64,000 nt of DNA, taken from assembly GCA_039545335.1 (NCBI GenBank), contig BCIN01000002.1:496001-560000 (forward strand), given 5' to 3'. Positions 26,892 to 53,929 of this stretch are shown piece by piece. The position numbers were made by a program, and so were the translations under genes. Below the pieces are notes generated by a model. The model searched no databases and was not told where the DNA came from. It was given only the letters and a program-made list of their open reading frames with translations. The DNA is from Kondoa subrosea (lineage: Eukaryota). Every line of letters begins with the position of its first letter. Position 1 is the stretch's first letter.

Positions 26892-27429
26892 TTCAAGATG
26901 CAGAGAATGACACAGAGAGACGACGGTTGTGTGGAAAGAGAGGAGAGACTTCACGATGCAGTCATCGGATTAGAATGACAATACTACTGATGAAAGGGTA
27001 GGAATCTGGCTTCTTAATGAAAGCCCGCAAGGCTGATCTACAGCATCTTCATGTGTCACGCTGGGTGCTCTGGACTTTGCATGCACAGCGAAGGGGCACT
27101 GCTTACAGACGCAAGCTGTACATACGGCATATTGAAGAATTCGCTTCGACCCGCAGCCTAACTTGCAGTTTGATTTATGATTCAAACGACAGCATTCATG
27201 ATGAAAGCAGCACAGCTTGCGAGAAAAACAGAAGCGTTTCGCGGGCAGGAGACGAAATCAGACTGTGCCAAGGACATGATAAAAGGTCACATAGTGCGCG
27301 CAAAGCAGGAGGGAACATGTGCATAACATGTGCATAAGCTATGCATAAAAGTATCCGTACAATTGATCGCTATCTAACAACATCTTTCATAATGTCCACC
27401 TGTTCAATCACTTTTCAAGCATGACGGGT

Positions 27430-28463
27430 TCACACCCAGCGGGCCAAACGAGCTGAGGCAGAAGCTGAAGGTGAGGCTGATGCAGCACAGTAGGTAGTGT
27501 AGTTGCCGACAGTAGTGGGGAAAGCCATGTCTACGTTAAAAAATATCAGCGAGCGGTAGACCATTCAACGACACAACGCACTGGCAGAGAAGTTAGGGCA
27601 CTTCTCGCCGAAACCTTGAGATAAAGTCTCGTTGCCAATGGTGAGATTTCCAACTTGAGGGAAGACCATTTCAATTTCTTCATATGCAGCGAAGTTGCAG
27701 TCTGGTTAACGTCAATTAATCCAAATCGCTGATCTATAGAGGGTCTCGAGACATACCGGTGCAAACGGTAGAAGAAGGAAGACCGGTAATGGTGCTGATC
27801 AACTTGTCCACACCACCATTTTGACCTAATGAAGAAAGAACTTGACCAAGGTAGCTGGTACTGAGAGTGACATTCAGGTCCTTCTCAAGGTTGTTGAGGA
27901 AATCTTGCAAGCAGAAGACGGAACCAGAAGAGCAGGTAGAGCCCGAAGAGGATGAGGTCGTTCTACCAAAAGTCATGAATAAGTGCAGGAAACCTTTGAG
28001 CAGCTGACTTACTCGTTGCGTAGGCAGATGATATCCTTGAGTAAGAGATACACTGGAGCAGCGTATTGTTGGATCTTGCTTTGAGTTGAACTTGAGTTGA
28101 CATTCAATCCAGCACTCGATAAATCACTTGAACATCCGTTAACGACAGACTGGACCAAAGTAGTAATGGTATCGTTGGAGCATGTGGGTGCTGCGCAAAC
28201 TGCTGTCTCGTATGAGGCGATGACTGGGACAAGCGATTGATCCGAAGGAGTAGATAAAGCCGGGATCAGAGCGCTGATAGCCAAGCATGAGGTTACTTGA
28301 GTGTTGGTGAGGGAAGAAGTCAAAGCCGAAGTGCAGCTAGAGCTTAAGCTGTTCAATGAATGGAATAAGTTCTCTGCAAGGAAGTTGCGGGAATTAAACC
28401 TTGCCCGGCAATCTGAGCCAAAGCTGGGGCAGCAAGTGCGATGATAGCAACTTTTGAGTACAT
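27430..28463 (-). CDS. Secreted Ser/Thr-rich, Cys-patterned protein
   Basis: Signal peptide MYSKVAIIALAAPALAQ; spaced Cys (SCT, SCL, VC..PTCSN, GC, ICL, FCL, CTDC); four introns. Confidence 0.75.
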
Positions 28464-29048
28464 TTGCGTATTATGAGGTGTGAGAACGGGAACAACCACG
28501 GAAAAGGAAAAGACTTCAAGCAAGCGGTACTGCGGAATGGCCCAAATTCGAATGACATCACCGGGTAGGCGAGGTTGCCTGAGACATAGGCTGACACCTG
28601 GTAGGGCTGGTAGGGCAGAGAACAGCCGTGCCTGCGCAAGCGCAGCGATCATCAAATACGTGCGTGCACTCCATAACGAGAGGGAATCCGAAAGTGCGGC
28701 AATCATATCGTTTGAATCAATTAATGGAGAAACTCCTTACAAGTGAGCGATGGTCCGGTGCACAACAAAAGAAGAGATCACGAATGGAAGTTGAGTCCAG
28801 CCTTCACATCTCCTCGGTTAGAGTGTCCTACGAACCAAAATACATTTTCAGCATTCTACCCCGGTACAAAAGACCTTAAAGCTTTTCTGCAAACCCCATG
28901 CAGCCCAAAAGAACGAATATCGGTATAAAGGTATTGCCATGAGTGAAGAAGGATATGCTGTCTATGGTGAGAGAAGAAAGGAGAGGGAAAGCGTTGCTTC
29001 GTAAGAGCTTCGTAAAGGTCGATATGATGTTGTAAAGCTTCAATGAAG

Positions 29049-29873
29049 TTACAGGATGGTGCATTTCCGTTTCTTGCTCTTTTTAGGGGCTTCGATGCCC
29101 TCTCTTTGGTCTGATAGCGGATATTAGCTTAAATCACAACGTTACGGCGCGTCAGCTCACTCCGGATCATTCTCACTACTGTGAAGTATGCAGCTTCCAG
29201 ATTCACTCTAGTTTTCGCTGATGTTTCGACTGTTCAGAAGAAAGCTCTTTCAACCAAAGCTGGCAAACAGAGAGACTGTCCACGAACTGATGTCGCAACC
29301 CAACCTCCTAGCCATAGCTTGCGCTTCCTCCTTGCTGACTTCCCTTTCATTCGCCCTATCCACCTTGTTGCCTACTAATATTAATGGCACATTATCGCTA
29401 TCCTTCACCCTACTTATTTGCGACCGGAATTTATCGATTCGCTCAAACGTCGATCGTGCCGTTATTGAGTATATAAGAAGAAAGCCTTCTCCTTCTCTGT
29501 GCTCAGGAATTTAGCCTTTATACTACAATTCGCACCTCGAATACAAACCTTATCCATTGATCCCGTAGTGCAGTGTATTCTTCTTGCCCTGCCGTGTCTA
29601 GAATCTCAATCAAGCAAGGTTGATCGTCTATCACTGCATGCTTTCGGTAGCTGTCTTCGATTGTCGGATCGTACGCCGTCACGAAGTGGTTTAGGCACAG
29701 CTGGATTGTCAACGCAGTCTGTGAAGTCCAACTATCAGCCATGATACAGCGCGCCTGATATCAAAGATCAACCTTGCCGACACTATTCATTGCTAAATTA
29801 GCTCCGTTGAAGCAAATACAGGCTGAGCAGCTCACCCTCCGTCGCCCAGACAGACCAATTTGAAGGTCAACAT
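29049..29873 (-). CDS. RAS2: Ras-family GTPase, fungal Ras2 type
   Basis: [63 protein letters not shown], polybasic tail and CTIL CAAX. Confidence 0.92.
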
Positions 29874-31283
29874 AGAATGGTAAGATCTTGGAAATTAATG
29901 GCTCGTGCGTCCAAAGAAAGCGTAAGAAGGGAGTAGATACAGCAAAGCCAAAGCCCAAAACGAAGGTCGGTCGTTAGTACAACGGATCAAGAGGTACAGA
30001 TTAGTCGTTAAAGTCGTCAGAACAAGAAGGAGCGAGGAGGTCGTGGGTATAGGTAAAGCTTGCTCTGAAATTGGAAAGCGGAGAACGAGCTTGTTGGCGA
30101 GACACCACGAGATTGGCGGATAGAAGAGACAGCAGGAAGAGCAGACGGGCACCTCGGACAGCAAACAATAATCAAAGCAAGCAAGGAATCAAGGCGCAAG
30201 ATAGAAGCCGGCAATATGGGCAGAGCACATCTAATTCATTGGTCCAGATCTCAGTTGGATCATGCTTAAGCGGCATATGTACACGCCAGAAACCCAGTAG
30301 TGTAGTCACAGTTGGCATTCTTGTTGCTGGACCTCGAGAATCGAGAATCGCATTTCAGAAGTCAGAAGCATCTGTCATGGACATTTGCACGCCCTCAGTC
30401 TATGGACATCTGTCGCAGCAGCTCGCTCGCTATGGCTTTCATACACGAGATCGCTCGAAGAGACCTGTGCAATTGAGGCATATATTCTACTGCGTTCTCT
30501 CTGCTTGCTTCACCTCAAATCCGGTTACATCATTCTCTGATACCAGCTATGCTATGCGTCGCAAGGTTTGGACTGCAGCCTTCCGCTCATTGTGGCTACA
30601 GGCCTACATAATCGTTCTGATCTGCATATGTCTCTGCTTTGTAATCTGCTTGAAGAGTGGCTCGACATCGACTGCGTAGCACCAGTGCAACTTGAGCTTG
30701 CGCGTGTGGCATATGTTCCTCTATGATTTATCAAGTGACGAATTGAACTGAATGATCATCGTGAATACAATACTACGAAGTTACTTTACTTCAGTATATC
30801 TTGTTCCTTCTGTCCCGTAAATCCATCCGTCAATTTTCAAGCTCCCTGTCAGAAGACGTACTGCGCAACGCTCAATCCGTATGGAATGAATACTGGCTTG
30901 ACACGTACATACTTCTTAGCCCATTGCTGTCTCGTGTATGCTCTCTCGAATTGAATAGTGTAATTCATTCTCAGCTACCTCTCGCTCTTACCCTCTCCGT
31001 ACTCAACAGAGAAGTCTCATGAAACCAGCAGGTGACTTCAGGGATTGGCATGGGTTGCCTTCGTCGATTTCGAATTTCATTTCAAGGATGTCGCGATACC
31101 CTTTCATCGAAATGTAGTCACGGGTGTACATGTAGCTTGTGTAACCAATGCCACCGATATTTGACCTTTGTCACTTGCATAATTTCCAATGTTGATCATC
31201 AACCAACTTCACTTGCTTCGCGAGACTGCCGTGATACCACTACTGTAGCCAGTACCTCGTCACATTGATACACGTCCCGAATC

Positions 31284-46402
<15,119 letters not shown>

Positions 46403-46598
46403 AGGACTGGTGTATTGTATGTGGAATGAACGTAATATAGTACATTGACTGGCCACTGCGCGTGAAGCGCAAAGTGAATAAATAATATTGCATCACTCTC
46501 TTTGTTCTGGGTCGTGACTTTGAAGGCTGACCTCTTTCAAACTACAACCATCGTTCGCTTGAGCTCCTCCTGATTGGGCATAGTCGAAAAGAAGAGCA

Positions 46599-48357
46599 AT
46601 GAGCACGTTTGGACAACTTTTTCGAGTCACCACATATGGAGAATCGCATTGCAGTTCAGGTGAGCTTACATAGCTGCTGTTACTCGCGGATTACGCTCAA
46701 GCTGTCATTTTAATATCAATCAGTTGGCTGCATAGTAGACGGATGTCCTCCTGTAAGATGTTTCGTATTACTCTGCTTGTAAAAGGTCTGATACAGTTTG
46801 TATTAGGGCCTGCAAATATCTGAAGCACAGATTCAGAAACAGCTTTCAAGGCGTAGACCTGGTCAATCTGCTCTGACTACACCTGTAAGCTGAAGAACGA
46901 AATTCTTTAATGAGCAGAAGGAGATGCTTATTCTCTTCAATTGTGTGATTAGCGAGATGAAGCGGATCAAGTATCAGTTCAATCAGGTTGCGAATTTGGA
47001 GTAACATTAGGAACACCTATTGGTTTACGAGTCCAGAATAAAGATCAAAGACCTCATGATTATACCGAAACGGATTTATACCCTAGACCTTCTCATGCGG
47101 ATTGGACTTATTTGCTCAAGTATGGTTTGAAAGCTTCTAGTGGAGGTGGAAGAAGTTCAGCTCGTGAAACAATTGGTGTGTCTAGGCCAGTTCATCATGC
47201 GAGACCATGTTTAGAGCAGCTTTTATGGTACACAGGCCGAGTTGCTGCTGGAGCGATAGCAGAGCATTATCTATCTATAACACACAACGTTCAAATCGTC
47301 GCTTTCGTCTCCGGCGTAGGCAAAGTTCATCTACCTACTACTCCTTCAGCTGCCAAGAATCTTTCCAATGGTCATACAACTGGAGCAGACAGTGATGCGG
47401 AAGAGGATATTTCAAGGGAATATATGGATCTACTCAATACTGTCACTAGGGAACAAGTGGACAGTACAACTGTCAGATGTCCGCATGCTGAATCTGCAGA
47501 AAAAATGGAGCAGGTCAGCCGTGGCTTTAGAATCCTGTTCGGGCAGATTTCTGAAGAACTCGAGCCCTGACAGCGTATTCTTCGAGCAAAAGAAGCATCA
47601 GATTCGGTAGGCGGTACTGTCACTTGCGTCATTAGAAACGTCCCAACCGGTTTAGGCGAACCATGTTTCGACAAACTAGAAGCAAAACTAGCTCATGCTA
47701 TGTTATCTATTCCTGCTACAAAAGGTTTCGAAATTGGATCAGGGTTTGGTGGGACGGAGATGAGTGGAAGCAAGCACAATGATCAGTTTGTGAGGAAAGA
47801 AGGTGGTGGATTAGCTACTGCTTCGAACAAGAGTGGAGGTGTTCAAGGAGGTGTGACCAACGGAGAGCATATCTACTTCAGGTGTGTAGCGAAAACAGGG
47901 ATAGTCAACTGTCTGACTTATTTGTTCCGCCATTTACAGAGTTGGCTTCAAACCTCCTGCTACCATTTCTCAAGAACAGTCAACAGCTCAATATGATGGT
48001 ACACCTGGTGTGCTGTCGACAAGAGGAAGAGTACGTGATATACTACACACTGTTCGCTTGACAAGCTGACATTCCTCACAGCATGATCCTTGTGTCGTAC
48101 CTCGAGCAGTACCGATAGTGGAAGCTATGGCAGCACTTGTCATCATGGAGTAAGTACTCAGCTGCTCATTGACCTGTTCTCACTAATGATGTTTCTTCAG
48201 TGCGTTCTTGATTCAGGCTTCTCGATCAGCCTCTGGAGCACTTCTTCCGCCCGTCACGCATCTTCCGCCTTCAATGAGGCTCGAACAGTTGAAGACAGCA
48301 GAAAAGGCAGCACCGAGTGAAAAGGAAGTGCAGTTACCAAGTGAAAAGGATGCTTAA
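46599..48357 (+). CDS. ARO2: Chorismate synthase
   Basis: [88 protein letters not shown]. Confidence 0.96.
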
Positions 48358-48417
48358 TTTACATTGCATTGCATTACACCATCACTCTTTGTGTCTCTTC
48401 TTCTCCCAGATACGCCC

Positions 48418-51297
48418 TCATCTACCAGGAGCTGGTGAATCAATCCATTCTAGGCCTTGGGAGGCAGCAACGAAAGTCCACTACTCAAGCGGTCAGCTTT
48501 ATCAAATTCATCAACGAGTAGATGTAGACCTTGTCCGAAGCTTCTTCGATGCGCTTCTCGACCGATTTACCAGCGCCATGTCCGCTTGAGAGATCCACTC
48601 GTAGCAGAAGGGGATTTGGATTGTCTTTGCATGTGTGTTGTAGTTCAGCAGCTAATTTCAGTGAATGGAGTCTGTGACAAAGTATCAGTTTCAGACTGGA
48701 TCGTGGATACGAGAACCTACGGTACTACTGTGCAGATAGAACAGATGTAAGCTCAGACACAATGTGAGGGACTGTGTTGACTTATCGATCATCATGGTCT
48801 CCGGTCAGTAACATCATCGGTGGATATACTTGCTTCGTGACATTGTGTAAAGGCGAATATCTATATAGCGTTAGTCGAACAGCAACTTGCAAGCGAATAG
48901 CTCACTCGTAAAGGTAGTCGAATTCTTCTGGTTTGTCAGCACAGCCATAATCAGCCGTCCAAGCGCGCCCGATCGTGAATAGATGGAATTTGAGCATATC
49001 CATTCTAGAGCAGCCAAGAAGCACACGCGTAAGCGAACAATCACACTTTTGCTATAAGGGCTTGACATACACGCCGACATCGGCTACAGCTGCTGAGAAG
49101 AGCTCTGGCGCTTGATTAGCGCATGCCGCAACTAGAAGTCCGCCGTTGCTGCCTATATCAGTCTGTCAGGGCTGCAAGGATAATCTTTTGACGTCTTACT
49201 GACCGCCTGAGATTGCAATCTTCCCAGCAATAGACTCTTGCATAAGGTATTTTGCGGCCCATTGGAAGTCGTCAAAGACGTTTTGCTTGCGTTCTAGCAT
49301 TCCGCCTTTATGCCATTCTTCACCGTACTCCGAGCCACCTCTGATATTTGGTACAGCAAGAACAGCGCCAAAGTGCTTGACGAAGGTCATCCAAGCGGGA
49401 GCTGCTGGCTCGTTTGAGCTAGATTCGACGAACGAACGATGAGCTCACAGAAAGCGGGCTCCACATTGACAGCAAAGCCACCGTATCCGTAAAGAATGGC
49501 TGGAGAACTTTTACGCTTCTGACCCTTCTTGTACACCAGGAACATGGGTATCTGGTGATCAGGGAGCGTAAGCAGTTATTGCTCAAAACAGAACAAATCA
49601 CTGACTTGTGTACCATCTTTCGAAGGATAGAAGACCTGTTCTGTTTCAAAGTCCGCAGCATCAATACCAGCGACCGCACTTTCTCTGTACAGTGACAATC
49701 TCTCTGCTTCAGGTTTTTTGAACTGATAGCGAAATGTTTGTCCAGGAGATACGAAATTGCTGAAAGTAAAGAAGAACTGATCATCTTCTCTTCTGCCAGC
49801 AATACCACCAACGGTGCCAATCAAGTCAGGAGCGATCCTTTCTATTCGTTTACCGGTCTTCAGGTCATGTAAGTAGATCTCATCTTTGACATCTTTAGAG
49901 TAGACGAGTAACAGCTTGTCTTCATTGTGAATGCTAGAAGAAGCCAAAACCGCTTGAGAATCTTCGGGAACAAGATCTTTGAAGCCTTCTTCCGGTTTAG
50001 ACAGATCATAGGTGACGATTTTGTCTTTCGGTGCGTTTGCGTTGGTGCGGATGTAAAGCAATGAACTGCCTTCTCCAGCACTATCGATTACCGTGTACTC
50101 GTTGCCCCATTCAGTAACGAGTTCAGTGTACTTCAAGTCTGGACCGATAGATTGATTGCGTAGATCGGCGACTTTGAGTAGATTGCTTCGACCGGTGTCT
50201 TTCGATGTCGTTACAGAGAGGAAAGATCCACTACAGTCATTTTTTTTTAGCTTATTAATGTTTACAGCACAGGAAACGAACTCTTTGGTGACGCTTAGGC
50301 CATACATGTTCGGTGACTTATCGTTATTAGCATCTTCAATGACCATGACATCTTCATCTTGCGATGTTCCCAATCGATGAAAGTAGATCTTCTGATTCAC
50401 GTTAGATTCCGTTTCCCTTTTGCAAGCCATGATTAAGTAAAGCATTACTGTTCTGGAAGCATACTTGACTCACGTTCCAGCTTTATCATCCATTACTGTC
50501 GTCTTGAATCTTCCGTAAAAGAAACCGGAATCATCATGCATCCAAGTGATCCCAGAGAATTTGACATTTCTAATCACATCGGGTAACCGACCTTGATCTT
50601 GACCTTTGGGTTGATTTGGATCATGAGGTGAATCGGTCGATCGAACATAGATGGTAGACCAATCCGATCCTCGAGAAGATGTACCGTAAGCATAGTATTT
50701 GCCTGATTTAGGAAAGGCGGTCGTTGATAATGCTATTGTGCCATCGGTTGAAAGAAGATTTGGATCGAACCATAATTCAGCTTTGTCCGTTGATGCGGAA
50801 TCGAGATCTGATTTAGCGATACGGTAGATAGGTGTTTGTGATTGTAGGCCAGTATTCCAAGAAAAGTAGACACGACCATCACCTTTGATTGAAGGCGCAG
50901 AGAAGCGTGCATAGTCGTAGTTGAGAGTGAGCTCCTTCTTGAACTTCTGTCGTAGATCATCGAAGCGCGAGAGGTAGCTTTCCGTGAATGCTGCTTGTTT
51001 CTTGACGAAAGCCTTTGTTACTTCTGCTTCTGGCTGATGACAATAGATAAGATAACGCGAATATCACCGAGAGCTAGGACTAACATCCTCCAAAGCAGCA
51101 TAGGGGTCAGCTACCGTTACTTCGCCTTGCGCTCGAGACTTGTACACTCGCTTGACGGTATCGTCTCGTGCTATTTGAGGATAGGAAGACTGTGAAGGTT
51201 CCCATGCAGTGGAGGAAGACATTCTAGTAGCTGTCAAGGCAAAAGTGGAAGCAAGAGACAATGATCGAGCGGAAGTTCGAATGACCAAACGGATCAT
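48418..51297 (-). CDS. Prolyl oligopeptidase (S9A)
   Basis: [51 protein letters not shown], catalytic GGSNGG, DHDDRVVPLHS (needs an AT-AC intron), GHGAGK. Confidence 0.93.
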
Positions 51298-51827
51298 GCA
51301 AAGTCAAGGAATAGCGCCAGTCAGAGGATAGTATCAAGACAGACAGACAGATAGACAGAGGTAGACCGCAGGCAAATTGAAGCTCTGCTTGAGTTCAAGC
51401 TTCAAGCTTGTTTCGGACGATGACTTCAGCTATGCTTTCTAGTGCTTTCTTGCTTCTCTGTACTGATTCTTGGAAATCCAGACCACACGGTTCTCTACAC
51501 TTTACTGCTGGATGCTCTAGTTCAGCTGCGGTACAAGACTCTTGAGGCTGTTCTTTAATTTCTTGCGCCGACAGCTTAAAGGACGCTGTCTGCTCTGGCG
51601 AGGCTCATCAGCTCCATCTGCAAGACTCTCAACCTAGCCTGGCTATCAGGGACCTCGACGAAAGACCAGCTCATCGATAACACAAAGGGGTACTTTTGCG
51701 GTGCTCGCGAGATTGGTTTCATATTATCTTGTTCTCTGCTACTATAATCATCTTTGCTGCGCTTCTCGTCCACGCTTTACCTAAATAGGCAGCCTGAGCA
51801 GTCGACATAATCTTACTTCAACTAGCC

Positions 51828-53423
51828 ATGTTTTCAGCCAAATCAAAGCAATCAAAGAAATCGAAGCAAGAGAAATCATTGTTCGACGGAATCGCTTCCC
51901 AAATCGTGTCTCCTAGAACAGTCAAGGGCTGGAATTCTTCAAACTCCACTACAAGAAAAACTGCTGCTGACAACCGTGTTGGAAAGACTTTGGCCCCGTC
52001 GGCTGTTACACAGCCTCAAGACCACAGTCATTCAGCCCTCTCCTATCCTCAACCAGCTCATGATGAGAATCACTTTGACTTTGCTGAATTTTCGCACCCG
52101 ACTACCCCAGTGCCCGACTGGCGAGAGCACGCAAATGCTGGGTCCCATACCGGAGAAATGCCCTATTCAGATTTTGCACAGCATCAAGGACTTCAGTATC
52201 CAGCCTACTCGAATCATTCTCAGACTCATCATGACTATTCTAACCCTGCTTCTGCTCCATCGTCGCACCCAAGTTTACCTGGCTACGTCCATCCCCACGA
52301 AGTCGGAAATCCTTATCACTCCTCAGCCGTACAGTCACACACAGCTCTTCCTTCAACGCCAGTCCAACCATATCATGAATCCGGCTATTTCAATCCGCAT
52401 TCGGCAGCTACGTCAATAGCTTTACAGACTCGAGATCCTACACCCGTACAAACGCATCATGCATATCAATCACAGACTTCACATCAGGCTATCCCGACAG
52501 CGATAGAGGGCTACGTAGTCGACCGACCTCCGGTAGCGCCCGCAACCAGAAATAATCAACCCCTGTCGTACGCCACCAGAAATAATCACCCATTGTCATA
52601 TTATCACGGTGTCGATGCGAACGACTGGTATGTCCTGTACCATGATGTTTTCCAATGAGCTCTGAAAGTCCGTCACCCAGCTTGTGGATAACTCTAATGA
52701 GGATTCTGGGACTGTCATATAATGAATTCTGGTCTTCTGGCTTGATCCATACATTGCACCGCCGGCGTGCTCGTCTTTTCGATGGGACGGGATTTACTCA
52801 TGATGAAATCTCTGAAGTGTTTGAGCTCTTTTATGTTAGGTCCCTGAACTTTGTCAAAGTCACAGCTCACAGTCCCTCTGTAGGAAGCCGATTCTGAAGC
52901 ATTCGGATTCGGTATCTGGCAATGTTTCTCTTCTGATCCGCGTAGCGCCTGGAAGATACTTAATCATGCGAAGGAAGTGCATCGAAGTCCGTACAACATC
53001 AGTATTTTCGGGGCTGTCTTTTGTTGGAGTGCCTTCTTGACCACGGAGAATGGCCGTAAGAGAGAACACCCACCGCAAGGGCATGTATTGAATGTTGAGA
53101 CTTTCGATGGGCAGGAGGTAAGCATGAGTGATCTCCTTTGTCCCGCTCTCACTGGATGATGTTCAGTTCCACTTTGTTGACCATCAAAGCGCACCCATGG
53201 GCGGATACACAAAAGATGCCTTCGTAAGCGAAAGACTGAGGCATCCACTCTTTAACACTCCCACCATCAGATTGTTCTGGTTTTACAATCCTTCGCTTGC
53301 AAAAGCAGCTGTTCTCGCCAGTGGACATTTTGGTATTCTTCAGTGCCCGTACACAGCCCAGGGACATGTGGATTCAAACAGGCACTCGAGATTATAGCTG
53401 AAATGGTCTTCTTGTTCTTCTGA
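51828..53423 (+). CDS. Hypothetical protein (His/Pro/Ser-rich N-terminus, spliced C-terminus)
   Basis: 276-aa first exon followed by exons joinable through GT-AG introns; no recognised family; 3' end uncertain. Confidence 0.5.
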
Positions 53424-53929
53424 GTTTCTTTGTACAGTACTCAGAAGGATGCAATTTTATTACTTCTCTTGAATTTCATCAGTAGAGTCATGGGTGAAAT
53501 TCGATGTCGCAAAGCAGAGAGCCACACCGAAACTGTTTATCAGGCAAGTTACCAGCTCAAACCAGCTCGTTGGGTGACTTGTATTACAATGTTGCTCTTG
53601 ACAACGACTTGAGAGCTCTGCCGCTTCTCAGTCTTCACAGCTTGGTCTTTCGTCAATATCTCCAGGTCTAGCTGCGCGCTCTTCCACTGTCATAACATAG
53701 TCGCGCTCAGACTTGAAGTTTTTGGCTCGTTTCTCAGTGCATAACTGGAGTCTGCATTGCGAGACTCGGTGTATATGTCAAGAGTTCCCATACCTACACG
53801 CTACAGAGTACACTATTGTCCACTGCCATCAATGCCGGGATCTCAATGTTGATTCTGTCTCCCTGTTTGCAGACAAACGAACAAGCTCCTTCGCCTGAAC
53901 GACCTGAATCTTACTATCAACCAGACGCC

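Noticed and set aside
29049..29085. CTIL (geranylgeranyl-type) CAAX on a Ras protein
   Set aside because: A Leu-ending CAAX with a polybasic tail is ordinary for fungal Ras2-type proteins.
30071..30679. 202-aa plus-strand ORF upstream of Ras2
   Set aside because: TTG start, no recognisable motifs, lies in the Ras2/dynein divergent promoter; probably spurious.
48418..51800. POP as a POPB-type peptide macrocyclase of a RiPP (MSDIN) cluster
   Set aside because: No MSDIN-like precursor ORF or tailoring genes nearby; the neighbours are ARO2 and an orphan, consistent with a housekeeping POP.
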